In this document: positions 18,325 through 28,027 of the stretch, piece by piece | How positions within the stretch are numbered: position 1 is the first letter of the stretch | Layout of the letters: each line of letters opens with the position of its first letter | IMG/VR virus record: IMGVR_UViG_3300046692_000069 | Coordinates: 6,358-70,357 of that record | DNA length: 64,000 nt | DNA from: a virus | Strand: one strand, 5' to 3' | The notes under the pieces: generated by a model | Told to the model about the DNA's origin: nothing | The model's database searches: none | What the model saw: the letters and a program-made list of their open reading frames with translations, nothing else | Translations under genes and position numbers: made by a program

Positions 18325-18627
18325 GTGCAGGTTTCAATTGAATTCATAAAGGACTATGGTCACTACAAGGTTGGCGATATCCTCTCCATTCCGGATGGAC
18401 AGGCAAAGGTTTTGCGGTTGCTGGGATATGCCATCCACAAAGAGCCGCAGAGGGCCGTAGAGGCTGTTTCCGTGGCCGAGCAACCGGTTGCCGCCAATGA
18501 GGCCCCAGAGCGCGACATTGAGGCTCTGCGGGCCGAATACTTGGCCATTACAGGCGAGCGCGTGCACCACAAGCTTGGTGCCGAGAAGATTGCATTGAAG
18601 ATTGAGGAACTAAAGGCCGGTAACTAG
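18325..18627 (+). CDS. small head-region protein
   Basis: YKVGDI..A..L..LGYA N-terminus and helical LRAEY..ITG..HHKLG C-terminus; AAGGAGA RBS. Confidence 0.7.
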   Translation: MQVSIEFIKDYGHYKVGDILSIPDGQAKVLRLLGYAIHKEPQRAVEAVSVAEQPVAANEAPERDIEALRAEYLAITGERVHHKLGAEKIALKIEELKAGN

Positions 18628-18705
18628 TTGAGTCGCTTGCCGTCGAAGCTAGATATCAGGCGCGGGGGTTCGTCTCTCGCGCCTTTCCTTTTAGAGGAGC
18701 AAAAC

Positions 18706-20115
18706 ATGAGTGAAAGAAGCGGCTTTATTCGCCGCCTTAAGAGAATTACGTCTGGCTTGCTTTCCCCGCCTTCTTCGCGCGGTGGATGGCTTGGCCCCAT
18801 ACTGGAATCTTATCCCGGTGCGTGGCAGCAGAACGTTGAGATTTCCAACGACACACTAACGTCTGTTGGCGCTGTATTCGCGTGCGTTACGCTTATCGCT
18901 TCGGACATTTCAAAGCTTCGAATGAAGCTGACAAAATTCACGAACGGCGCGTGGGTGGAGGCCACTAATACGGCCTACTCGCCAATGCTGAAGCGGCCAA
19001 ATAAAAACCAGAATAGAATCCAATTCCTTGAGGCTTGGATTTTGTCGAAGTTGCTTCACGGCAATACCTATGTACTAAAGGTGCGGGATGCCACGGGTCA
19101 CGTTCGCGGCCTAAAGGTTCTTGATCCGCGTCTAGTGCAGCCGCTGGTTTCGCCAGACGGAAGCGTGTTCTATAGCATCAACACGGACAATTTTAACGGC
19201 ATTCAAGATCCGCCAGAAGCTATTCCGGCTAGCGAGATCATTCATGATCGTTACAATTGCCTGTTCCATCCACTCGTTGGGATTTCGCCGCTCTATTCGG
19301 CTGGCCTAGCGGCTCGTCAGGCATGGCATATCCAGAATAGCCAAACCCTGTTGTTTGCCAACGGCGTTAAGGCCCCCGGCATCCTTACGGCTCCGGGCGC
19401 CATCAGCGACGAAATCGCTGAGCGACTCAAGACTGATTGGGAAGCCAAATATGCTGGCTCCAAGGGTATTGGCAAAGTCGCCGTGCTTGGCGATGGACTA
19501 GAATTCCAAGCGATGTCTACAAGCGCCGTCGATGCCGAGCTTATCAAACAGCTTGATTGGACCGGTATTTCCATCTGTTCTGCCTTCCACGTCCCGCCAT
19601 TTATGATTGGCATTGGTTCGGCCCCGCCGTATACCGACATGGCGTCGGTTAACCTTCAGTACTATTCGCAGGCTCTACAGCACCTCATTGAGGCCGTCGA
19701 GCTTTGTGTTGATGAAGGCGTTGGCTTGGCGGATGACATGGGTGTCGAGCTTGACACGAATGGCTTGCTTCGCATGGATGCCAAGACTCAGGCTGAAACG
19801 ATCACAACTTACACCAAGTCCGGCATCATGAAGCTGAATGAGGCGCGTCGGAAGATTGATCTTCCTGATATGGATGGCGGCGATTCCGTTTACCTCCAGC
19901 AACAGAACTTCAGTCTTGAGGCGCTGAATAAGCGCGACAGCTCAGATGATCCGTTCAAGACTGGCGGCAGCTCGAAAACCACACAGCCGTCGTCGTCGCA
20001 GACTACGGACCCTCAAAAGTCTATCCGTAAGTCAATTGAGCGCAGCGAGGATGATGCGATTGAGTATCTGTCCATTCTCGTAAACAAGATGGAAGGATTC
20101 GAACTTGAATATTGA
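18706..20115 (+). CDS. portal protein (HK97 family)
   Basis: AVFACVTLIASDISKL, LLHGNTY, EIIHDR, GISPL, FANG..PGIL, AFHVPP, NEARR..LP..GGD. Confidence 0.95.
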   Translation: MSERSGFIRRLKRITSGLLSPPSSRGGWLGPILESYPGAWQQNVEISNDTLTSVGAVFACVTLIASDISKLRMKLTKFTNGAWVEATNTAYSPMLKRPNKNQNRIQFLEAWILSKLLHGNTYVLKVRDATGHVRGLKVLDPRLVQPLVSPDGSVFYSINTDNFNGIQDPPEAIPASEIIHDRYNCLFHPLVGISPLYSAGLAARQAWHIQNSQTLLFANGVKAPGILTAPGAISDEIAERLKTDWEAKYAGSKGIGKVAVLGDGLEFQAMSTSAVDAELIKQLDWTGISICSAFHVPPFMIGIGSAPPYTDMASVNLQYYSQALQHLIEAVELCVDEGVGLADDMGVELDTNGLLRMDAKTQAETITTYTKSGIMKLNEARRKIDLPDMDGGDSVYLQQQNFSLEALNKRDSSDDPFKTGGSSKTTQPSSSQTTDPQKSIRKSIERSEDDAIEYLSILVNKMEGFELEY

Positions 20116-21409
20116 AACCATTAAAAAGCTTGAAGATGTATTCTCCAAGCTGACAAATCACGTCAAGGCAGCGTTGCAGCCAATGGCGCAAGAGCTTCGT
20201 GATATGAAGGCGTCGATTGCAAGCGTCGTCAAGCATCAAGAAGATTTCAAGGCTGAAATCAAGTCGTCTGACTCGATTTTTCGCGATGAGATCACGGCCA
20301 TTGAATTGGTTGCTCATGATGCCACGGCGACAGCGAAAGACGCCAAGGAAACTGCAGAAGCAGCCGTCCAGCTTTGGCATGATCACGAATCCGGATGGAA
20401 TAAAAAGTTCGATAGTGCCGTGCAGCATTATGCCGATACGTCCAGCGGCGTGATCAAGGATGTATTGCCTCATGAGCTTGGCCACGAAGTTAAGCTGATC
20501 GGTGGGAAGTCGTTTGTTATTAAGAACGGCGTCGATGGCAAAGACGGGGAAAAAGGCGCGGATGGCATCAACGGAGATAACGGCGTCGATGGCAAAGATG
20601 GCAAAGATGGCGACAATGGCGTCGGAATCGTAGCTATTGACCTTGCTCAGGCCGATGACGACGTCACGATTGCGGGCCTTCTTTCGAATGGCGAGACATT
20701 CTCTTTGCCTTTCCGGATTAAGAGCGGTATTGACGGCGAAGATGGCCGTGACGGTATCGACGGCATTCGCGGCATTGATGGGGTTAATGGCGTCGACGGA
20801 TCCGATGGCAAAGACGGGCGGGATGGCATCGACGGCAAGGACGGACGCGATGGCGTGGATGGCAAGGATGGATCTGACGTTGTTGATGGCTTCATCGACA
20901 GAGACAACAATCTTGTCCTAACTTTCGCCAACGGCAAGGCAAAAACCCTTGGTGTGGTGGTAGGTCGCGGCGGCGAAAAAGGCAAAGATGGCCATAACGG
21001 CGCCGATGGCTTCGACGGCAAGGACGGCCGCGACGGCGCGGACGGCAAGGATGGCTTTGGCCTTGATGATCTGAGCATGGAGCACGATGGCGAGCGCGGA
21101 TTCTCATTCGTATTTCGCTCTGGCGATCTTGAGAGGCGCTTTGATTTCCGCCTTCAGGTTCCTATCTATCGCGGTGTGTACGGCGCTGGTAAGGCGTACG
21201 AGTCTGGAGACATGGTTTCTCACTTCGGCGCCGTATACCACTTCAATGGTGGCGACAAGGCTCCGGGAATTGATACATCTTGGACGCTTGCGGTTGCCAA
21301 TGGCCAACGCGGCAAGACTGGCGCCAAGGGTGATAATGGCAAACCGGGTAACGACGGCCGCGACGGTCGCGACCTTACCAAAATTATGCCAGATGGGAGT
21401 AAGTATTAA
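20105..21409 (+). CDS. collagen-like (G-X-Y repeat) head-region protein
   Basis: Blocks of GKDG/GRDG/GIDG repeats; C-terminal YRGVY..Y..GD.V..WTLAV..G. Confidence 0.85.
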   Translation: MNIETIKKLEDVFSKLTNHVKAALQPMAQELRDMKASIASVVKHQEDFKAEIKSSDSIFRDEITAIELVAHDATATAKDAKETAEAAVQLWHDHESGWNKKFDSAVQHYADTSSGVIKDVLPHELGHEVKLIGGKSFVIKNGVDGKDGEKGADGINGDNGVDGKDGKDGDNGVGIVAIDLAQADDDVTIAGLLSNGETFSLPFRIKSGIDGEDGRDGIDGIRGIDGVNGVDGSDGKDGRDGIDGKDGRDGVDGKDGSDVVDGFIDRDNNLVLTFANGKAKTLGVVVGRGGEKGKDGHNGADGFDGKDGRDGADGKDGFGLDDLSMEHDGERGFSFVFRSGDLERRFDFRLQVPIYRGVYGAGKAYESGDMVSHFGAVYHFNGGDKAPGIDTSWTLAVANGQRGKTGAKGDNGKPGNDGRDGRDLTKIMPDGSKY

Positions 21410-21735
21410 TGGCTGCTGACCCTATTGATATCATCACGCTTGAGGAGGCGAAGCGCAGGCTTCGCATTCTTCATGACGACGAAGACGAATCGATACAGGA
21501 TATGATTACAGACGCCAGCGCCGCCATTGTCGACTACATCAAGCTTGATGATGCGGCTATTGTGTTGCTGTCGCCCATTCAAAGCCGCTGCTTGCGGGCC
21601 GCATGCCAGAACATGGTGAAATGGCTCTATAATGACAAGGACAATACAACATCGTATACCCGCGCGGCCCTTGGGTATCTTCCCGACTCGGTTACTATGA
21701 CACTGCATCGAATCCGCAAGCCGTCGATGGCCTAG
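21409..21735 (+). CDS. head-tail connector (gp6-like)
   Basis: ITLEEAKRRLRI.HDDED..I..AS..IVDY. Confidence 0.85.
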   Translation: MAADPIDIITLEEAKRRLRILHDDEDESIQDMITDASAAIVDYIKLDDAAIVLLSPIQSRCLRAACQNMVKWLYNDKDNTTSYTRAALGYLPDSVTMTLHRIRKPSMA

Positions 21736-21920
21736 TGTGGGTTCGATTTGACAAGGGGTTCTCATGGATGCCAGCAAAGAACTTTTGCATAGACTTCCGT
21801 GAGGGCTCCATTCAGTTCGTAAAGCGTGATTGCTTTGCGGCTGCGAAGAGGGCGGGCGTAATAACCCGCCTAAAACGTAATCGATATGGAAATTTTACGG
21901 AGGTTGATGATGACGCCTAG
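21735..21920 (+). CDS. small hypothetical virion-region protein
   Basis: Coupled ORF WVRF..F.W.P. Confidence 0.6.
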   Translation: MWVRFDKGFSWMPAKNFCIDFREGSIQFVKRDCFAAAKRAGVITRLKRNRYGNFTEVDDDA

Positions 21921-22254
21921 CGGTAGATTTTTGCTGAAGTTTCAGCAGCGTGCGGAAGACGATGACGGCTTTGGCAATGTCATGCGCGGCGGAGATTTCG
22001 AGGATGTCTTCACGTCTTACGCCACTGTAACGCCTTTGCGGCCCGGAAGTGAGGCAGTTATCAATGCTTCGCTTACTGGCATTCAGCCATTGACCGTTAG
22101 CATCCCATCGCACTCAAAAGCGCGCATGGTCGACAACGCTTGGCGGGCAATCAACGTTCGTACTGGCGTTATCTACAATATCGCATCGGCAGTTGACTCC
22201 AACGGCGCTAACGCGACAATTGATATCACGATGACATCAGGGACATCTCCATAA
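21910..22254 (+). CDS. head closure protein
   Basis: FQQR..DDGFGN..EAV..L.G.QP..WRA..YNI; synteny. Confidence 0.8.
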   Translation: MTPSGRFLLKFQQRAEDDDGFGNVMRGGDFEDVFTSYATVTPLRPGSEAVINASLTGIQPLTVSIPSHSKARMVDNAWRAINVRTGVIYNIASAVDSNGANATIDITMTSGTSP

Positions 22255-22796
22255 TGGCGTGGAAAGTAAACATCAAGGGACTTGAGCAACTGAAGAAAAA
22301 GGTTGCGGCACTTCCAGCTGCCACCCGAAACGAAATAGCTGACGCAATGGCTAAGGGTGCGGGTGAGATGGTTGATTTCGCTCAATCCCTCGCGCCACAC
22401 AAGACGTTACAAGACTCAATCGGCTGGTCATGGGGCGATCTACCGAAAGGCAAGCGTTCTCTAGGCACGTTCGGACGCGGTGGGTTTACCAAGTCAAGCG
22501 GAGGAAGCGCGGCCAAGGGGTCGGGAACTAAAGACGATCTACTCATTACGGTTTACGCCGGCGATGACGAAGCATTTTATGCGCGGTGGGTAGAGTTTGG
22601 CACAAAGCCGCATAGCTTGGCAAAGGGCGCTATCCTCAAGCGAGGTAAAAAGCAGACTACGGGAATCCAGCATCCCGGCACAGCGGCAACTCCGTTCTTC
22701 TTTCCAGCCTACAGGGCGCTAAGGAAGCGCATCAATCAGCGGATAAGGCGAGCGATTAACAAAGCAGCGAAGCGCGTAGCGCAGGGCGGCAGATAG
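22254..22796 (+). CDS. HK97 gp10-like tail completion protein
   Basis: GLEQLKKK, AFYARWVEFGT, HPGT.A.PFFFPAY. Confidence 0.85.
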   Translation: MAWKVNIKGLEQLKKKVAALPAATRNEIADAMAKGAGEMVDFAQSLAPHKTLQDSIGWSWGDLPKGKRSLGTFGRGGFTKSSGGSAAKGSGTKDDLLITVYAGDDEAFYARWVEFGTKPHSLAKGAILKRGKKQTTGIQHPGTAATPFFFPAYRALRKRINQRIRRAINKAAKRVAQGGR

Positions 22797-22804
22797 GGGA
22801 TTGC

Positions 22805-23239
22805 ATGGCAGTATTTTCGCCAATGAATGCACTAAAGCAAGCAGCCACTTCGGCGATGAAGGCTGATTCAGATTTGCTTGGTATAGTTACGGGTGGCATC
22901 TACGACCGGGCACCGGCTAACACTCAGTACCCCATGATATCGATGGAGTCATCATTTGCCGTTGATGGCTCCTATGAATGCAATGATGACTCGGTTGAAA
23001 TAACTCTGCAAATTGCCGTTTGGGACTATTCCCCAGAAAGCGGCTCAAAGTCATACAACACATTCAACGCTTCGGAGGCGTCTTTTCTTGTCAAGCGTGC
23101 CATTATGACGCTTGATGGTGCTCAGCTTACTCCGGATTGGCGCGTTGTTAGTGTCCAGTACAGGACAACGAGAAATATTACGGCAAGCGATGGCGTCACC
23201 ACTCAGAGCGTCAACACGTTCATTGTCATCGTAGAGTAG
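22805..23239 (+). CDS. tail terminator (DUF3168-like)
   Basis: GGIYDRAP..YP.I; synteny. Confidence 0.75.
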   Translation: MAVFSPMNALKQAATSAMKADSDLLGIVTGGIYDRAPANTQYPMISMESSFAVDGSYECNDDSVEITLQIAVWDYSPESGSKSYNTFNASEASFLVKRAIMTLDGAQLTPDWRVVSVQYRTTRNITASDGVTTQSVNTFIVIVE

Positions 23240-23321
23240 GAGTCCCTATGGGCGTTGATACATAGTTCTTAAGAGCAATATCTGAAACTGCACAGTATTG
23301 AAATTTCCAAAGGAGAAAAGT

Positions 23322-23771
23322 ATGGCAAAGCCGGTAACTATTCGTTTCGGCATGTTCGCAGTGATGCTAGGCAACGTGGCGACTCCGGGAGTTTACGCCG
23401 CGCCTTGCGGCTTCACTTCCAAGTCCCTTCAGCTCACGAAGGAACTTAACGAGGTAACTATTCCCGACTGCGATGACCCTGATGCGGTTGCTTGGATTGG
23501 CCGTGATGCGGCGTCTCTGTCGGCGCAGGTATCGGGCGAGGGTGTCCTTGCGCAAGAGGCCGTTGACACTTGGCTGGCCGCGCAGGAGAGCATTGATTCG
23601 ATTCCCATCAAGATTGTTCTGTCCTTCCCCGCCAAGACTGTTACGTGGACGGGCCTTGCTCATGTGTCCGACTTGACCATTACGGGCGAACTTGGCCAGC
23701 GGGTGACTATGAATGTTACCATTCAGAGTGATGGCGAGCTTGTTCGCGTTTCCGCGCCGGTTGGTTCGTAA
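23322..23771 (+). CDS. major tail tube protein (GTA-like)
   Basis: APCGFTSKS..IPDCDDPD..W..SGEGV..QSDGE; ends in APVGS. Confidence 0.9.
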   Translation: MAKPVTIRFGMFAVMLGNVATPGVYAAPCGFTSKSLQLTKELNEVTIPDCDDPDAVAWIGRDAASLSAQVSGEGVLAQEAVDTWLAAQESIDSIPIKIVLSFPAKTVTWTGLAHVSDLTITGELGQRVTMNVTIQSDGELVRVSAPVGS

Positions 23772-23779
23772 TTACACTG

Positions 23780-23814
23780 GCAGCACTCGGCATTCGTGCT
23801 GGGTGCTGCTTTTA
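23780..23814 (+). terminator. Rho-independent terminator with UUCG loop
   Basis: GCAGCACTCGGCA-TTCG-TGCTGGGTGCTGC-TTTT. Confidence 0.8.
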
Positions 23815-23831
23815 ACTGAAGGGATAGGCAT

Positions 23832-24410
23832 ATGAGAAGTGGACATTTGGAGGCGGAATTTGCAGATGGTGAATACGTCTTTAAGTTGGGATGGGGTCAG
23901 CTAGTTGAGCTGCAAGAAAAGTGCAACATTGGGCCGCACGCACTGCTTAGGCGCCTTGAGGCTGGCCTATGGATGGTTGATGACATCGCTGAAACGATTA
24001 GGCTCGCGCTAATCGGTGGCGACCCAGTCAACATGCAGCCGATCAAGGCAAAGAAGCTAGTTGAGCGCTACGTCAAGGATAGGCCGCTTACTGAAAACAT
24101 TTCGTTGGTGCGCGTAATTCTTATGGTCGCGCTGTTTGGGGGCGAATCCGTAGAGCCTGTCGACCAGAAGAAGAAGACGGAAGAAACGTCGAGGGCCGTT
24201 GCCGATGAAGATGGAAAGATGAATTTCCAAGATCTTTACGGCATTGGTGCCGTGCTTGGATATACACCAGCGCAGGTTAACGAGATGTCGGTTTGGCAAC
24301 TGATGGTCGCGTATAACGGCTACGCCAAGGCGAATACCCCAGATGATGGATCGACCATCACGGAGGAGGAGGCGAAAGACCTCTATGAATTCGTTCAGAA
24401 TATTGAGTAA
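23832..24410 (+). CDS. tail assembly chaperone (GTA-gp10-like, G and T parts in one frame)
   Basis: FADGEY.FKLG..L.ELQEKC..GP..W..DD..E.IRL.LIGG, then LYG.GAVLG.TP.QV..MS.WQ; lies between tail tube and TMP. Confidence 0.8.
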   Translation: MRSGHLEAEFADGEYVFKLGWGQLVELQEKCNIGPHALLRRLEAGLWMVDDIAETIRLALIGGDPVNMQPIKAKKLVERYVKDRPLTENISLVRVILMVALFGGESVEPVDQKKKTEETSRAVADEDGKMNFQDLYGIGAVLGYTPAQVNEMSVWQLMVAYNGYAKANTPDDGSTITEEEAKDLYEFVQNIE

Positions 24411-24514
24411 TAACTAATCTTAATAAGGCGCAAGTTGATGCCTGACCGATAATTGCTAATTCAGTGGTATCGGGCTGCACGCATGCGCCTTTTTCACTTT
24501 AGAATGGAGAGAAC

Positions 24515-26743
24515 ATGGCGGCAACAGACCTAGAGAGATTGGTGGTTCAGTTGTCCGCCGACATGAAGCAGTACCAAAACGCCATGGATAAGGCGGTTGG
24601 GCTGACCGACAAGAGCACCAAGAAGATTCAGAAGCAATTCGAATCCATGGCGTCTAAAGTTAACTCTTCATTCGCCTCCATTGGCGCGAAGGGACTTGGT
24701 CTTGCTGCCGGCGCCGTTGGCACTGACAAGCTGATCGAGTTCGCCGACAGCTACACCAGAATTCAAAACTCCCTAAAGGTTGCCGGCCTTCAGGGAGATG
24801 AGCTTACCGCTACATTTGGAAAGCTTTATGATATTGCCCTGAAGAATCACGCGCCCATTGAGGCGCTTGCTTCGCTTTATGGCAGGGCTGCGCTTCAAGC
24901 TAAGGCTCTCGGCGCATCCAATGCGGACCTAATCAAGTTTACCGATTCCGTTGCTACATCGCTCAGAGTTAGCGGTACTTCCGCCTCTGAGGCTGGAGGC
25001 GCGCTACTTCAGCTTGGTCAGTCACTTGGTACGGGCCGCGTTATGGCCGAAGAATTCAATTCGGTCCTTGAAGGTATGCCAGCCCTCGCGCTTGCCGCTG
25101 CCCGTCGCATCAAGGACGCTAATGGTAGCGTTGGCGAGCTTAAGGCTCTTGTGTCCAACGGCAAGGTTTCGTCCCGCGCCTTGTTTGATGCCATCATTCT
25201 TGCCAATCAAGATATTCAGAAGCAGGCTGAGCTTACGAGCATCACGATTAGCGGCGCGATGACCGACTTGAGCACGTCGCTAATTAAAGCAGTTGGCGAG
25301 TTCGATGATACGACAGGCGCATCTGATGCGCTCGCTAAAGCAATTAGCGCGATTGCAGAGCAGATCGGCCCTCTTGGTCAGCTATTCGCCGATACGTGGC
25401 AAACTCTAAGTAGCATGGACCTAGGGACGTTCGCAGAGAATTGGTGGACTATTTCAACGGCCCTACATGGCGCCGCTGATGGCTTCAATGAGCTTAATAA
25501 GCAGGCTAATATAGCTGGTCAGGGTCTCAATAGCGCAATCAAGGATACGTACTCAGAATTCAAGAATGCTTGGTTTACATCCGTTGAAGATCAGCAAAAG
25601 GCCATCACGGATAGAAACGCCAAGGAGGCTAAGTCAGCTGAGATTGCGGCTGTATACGGTGCGCAAGTAAAGGAAAATGCAGACGCCATCACGAAGATGA
25701 ACAAGGCCGCGTCAGATGCGGGTGGCGGCATGGGAGTTGGACAGTTCGGGCCGGCTATACCGGCTGGGCGCGGCAAGTCTCAGGGGCCAAACAACGCCAA
25801 CACTATTAAGCCAACTCCTGTTGATGATCGGCAGATTAACCTTAGTGATTACAAGGTTCCCGGCGCGAAGGACAAGAAGGCAACCAAAGACAAGCAGGAC
25901 GCCTACGAAAAGGCGACGAAGTCCGTTCAAGACCGCATCAACGTCATGACGGCCGAGACGGCAGCGCAATCAAAGCTTAATCCGCTAGTCGATGATTATG
26001 GATTCGCCGTTGCTAAAGCTAAGACGCAGCAAGAGCTGTTGAATGCCGCTGAAAAGGCAAAGAAGGCCATTACGCCAGAGCTTACGGCGCAGATCGAGGC
26101 GCAGGCCACAGCCTACGCAAACGCAACGGTAAATGCAGCCAAGCTCAATGAAGAGCAAGAGCGCATGAAGAAGATGCAGCAAGACATCTCCGATACGGCA
26201 AAGGACGTAACGCAGGGCATCGTGCAGGGATTCATCCAAGGCAAGAGCGCGGCTGAGGTGTTTTCTGGCGCGCTTCAGAAGGTTGCAGACAAGCTGCTGA
26301 ATTTGGCTTTTGATCAGCTCTTTGATCCGACAAGCAAAGGAGGCATGGGGCTTGGCGGCGGATTCGCCAAACTGTTCGGTTTCGCGGCTGGTGGCTATAC
26401 CGGCTACGGTAACAAGGATGATCCGGCCGGCATCGTCCACAAGGGTGAATACGTTATCCCGGCCGATAAGGTCAAGAAGATGGGCGTACCGAACATCGAG
26501 CGCATGATTGGCTACGCCAACGGCGGTCCTGTCGGTATACCTAGCATGTCGCGCCTTGCTGGGTCCGGAGTTGGTAGTGGCGGCCTAAGCATCAACTACG
26601 CCCCATCATACGATAATCGTGGGGTCGACAACGAGAGGCTTGCTAAGCTAGAGCAAATCCAAGCCAAGGACAGGGCGGAGTTTAGCGCTCGCGTTGTCAA
26701 TTCTGTTCGCAAGGCAAAAAGCAGTAACGTGAAGGGAGTCTGA
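24515..26743 (+). CDS. tape measure protein
   Basis: MAATDLERLVVQLSAD, tape-measure N domain (QLGQSL..G..EEFNSVLE), FAAGGYTG..AGIVHKGEYV. Confidence 0.95.
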   Translation: MAATDLERLVVQLSADMKQYQNAMDKAVGLTDKSTKKIQKQFESMASKVNSSFASIGAKGLGLAAGAVGTDKLIEFADSYTRIQNSLKVAGLQGDELTATFGKLYDIALKNHAPIEALASLYGRAALQAKALGASNADLIKFTDSVATSLRVSGTSASEAGGALLQLGQSLGTGRVMAEEFNSVLEGMPALALAAARRIKDANGSVGELKALVSNGKVSSRALFDAIILANQDIQKQAELTSITISGAMTDLSTSLIKAVGEFDDTTGASDALAKAISAIAEQIGPLGQLFADTWQTLSSMDLGTFAENWWTISTALHGAADGFNELNKQANIAGQGLNSAIKDTYSEFKNAWFTSVEDQQKAITDRNAKEAKSAEIAAVYGAQVKENADAITKMNKAASDAGGGMGVGQFGPAIPAGRGKSQGPNNANTIKPTPVDDRQINLSDYKVPGAKDKKATKDKQDAYEKATKSVQDRINVMTAETAAQSKLNPLVDDYGFAVAKAKTQQELLNAAEKAKKAITPELTAQIEAQATAYANATVNAAKLNEEQERMKKMQQDISDTAKDVTQGIVQGFIQGKSAAEVFSGALQKVADKLLNLAFDQLFDPTSKGGMGLGGGFAKLFGFAAGGYTGYGNKDDPAGIVHKGEYVIPADKVKKMGVPNIERMIGYANGGPVGIPSMSRLAGSGVGSGGLSINYAPSYDNRGVDNERLAKLEQIQAKDRAEFSARVVNSVRKAKSSNVKGV

Positions 26744-26744
26744 T

Positions 26745-27395
26745 ATGGCGCTAATAACATTTCCATATGATTTGCTCGCTGACTTTCCGGGCTGGAGCAC
26801 GGAATTTAAGCTCAACTATCGGCAGGACAGGAGTCGGTCTGCCGGTGGAACTACGTACGTTAAGGATATGGGCAGCGCCATTTGGCGAACAACTTACTCC
26901 TCGCGCACGATGAGACCAAACGAGCTGGATAAGTGGCGCGCAAAGCTAGACCTGCTGGATGGCGGGTTGAATACATTCCTTGGCGTCCCGCTATCAAGGT
27001 GCTATCCCGTCGCCTACCCAAATGGTAGCGGGCAGTGGGCAACTCCATGGAATAGCGGCGTAACTGGACAGGGTTCATTGTCTTCTATTGTGACGCCCAA
27101 TAAGGAGATAAGGATTGCGGGATTGCCAGCCAACTACCAGCTCAATGTAGGCGATATGATCCGCATAGGGACAAGAAACCTTCATCGCGTCATGACGGCG
27201 GCGTTGTCGACTGGTGGAGGGTTTGCTACCGTTGAAATCCGTCCGCCGTTGTGGCCGGAATCGGTTGCCGGCTCCGCAGTGTATTTCCGGCGTCCATTTT
27301 GCAACATGGTTGTCGACCCGGACAGTATCGCCACTACCGCCGACAGGTCGACGGGCATGGGCACTATTTCATTCGATGGATGGGAGTATCGCTAA
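26745..27395 (+). CDS. distal tail protein
   Basis: Follows TMP; W.A.LD.LDGGL.TF..YP..YPNG..EIRPPL. Confidence 0.7.
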   Translation: MALITFPYDLLADFPGWSTEFKLNYRQDRSRSAGGTTYVKDMGSAIWRTTYSSRTMRPNELDKWRAKLDLLDGGLNTFLGVPLSRCYPVAYPNGSGQWATPWNSGVTGQGSLSSIVTPNKEIRIAGLPANYQLNVGDMIRIGTRNLHRVMTAALSTGGGFATVEIRPPLWPESVAGSAVYFRRPFCNMVVDPDSIATTADRSTGMGTISFDGWEYR

Positions 27396-28027
27396 TGCCA
27401 AGGAATATTTCACCTGAAAACTTGGCGGCGATGCAGCAAGGGCGGCTGGTGTTCCGTGACTTCATGACCATCAAGGCTAGGGACCGGACTACGGGCAATA
27501 TCGTGCTTGACAACGTATGGTCGGATTACGGCAATGTCTCGGCGCAGATCATCGACCCAGATACCGGCCTCACCGTCTCTCGCGATTGGTATGGCTCTGG
27601 CACCTTGATCAACATTGATGATATTCCAATGACCGCTAACCTTCAGGTGCAAAGCATTGGGATTAGCGTTGGTCAGATCAACGCCCATATTGAGAACCTG
27701 CTTCGAGGCTACGACCTTCGCCAAGCTCCTGTGGAGATTTATCGCGGGTTCTTCAATCCATCTACGCGCGTAATGGTGGCGCCGGCTGAAGCCCGTTGGC
27801 TTGGTTTTGTTGATGGGGTCGAGATCGATACGCCAAGTGAAAACCAATATGGCGACGGTAAGATTACAAGCACCAGTAATACGCAGGAGATTACGCGGGC
27901 TAACTCGCAGACGCGGTCAGACTCGGCGCAAACACATAGATTGACTGGGGATACGTTCTATAAGGACTCCGCAACCGTTGGCTCTTGGAAATTGTGGTGG
28001 GGGAACACCAAAGGTAAAACTACATGA
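27395..28027 (+). CDS. tail tip/hub protein
   Basis: Synteny; RGYDLRQAPVEIYRG..RSD..Q..R..GDTF. Confidence 0.7.
   Translation: MPRNISPENLAAMQQGRLVFRDFMTIKARDRTTGNIVLDNVWSDYGNVSAQIIDPDTGLTVSRDWYGSGTLINIDDIPMTANLQVQSIGISVGQINAHIENLLRGYDLRQAPVEIYRGFFNPSTRVMVAPAEARWLGFVDGVEIDTPSENQYGDGKITSTSNTQEITRANSQTRSDSAQTHRLTGDTFYKDSATVGSWKLWWGNTKGKTT

Noticed and set aside
20520-21070. GACGGCAAGGAT-type nucleotide repeats as a CRISPR array or VNTR
   Set aside because: Explained by collagen G-X-Y coding; no unique spacers.
23290-23297. Single GCACAGTA copy upstream of the tail tube gene
   Set aside because: An isolated 8-mer is expected by chance in 64 kb.
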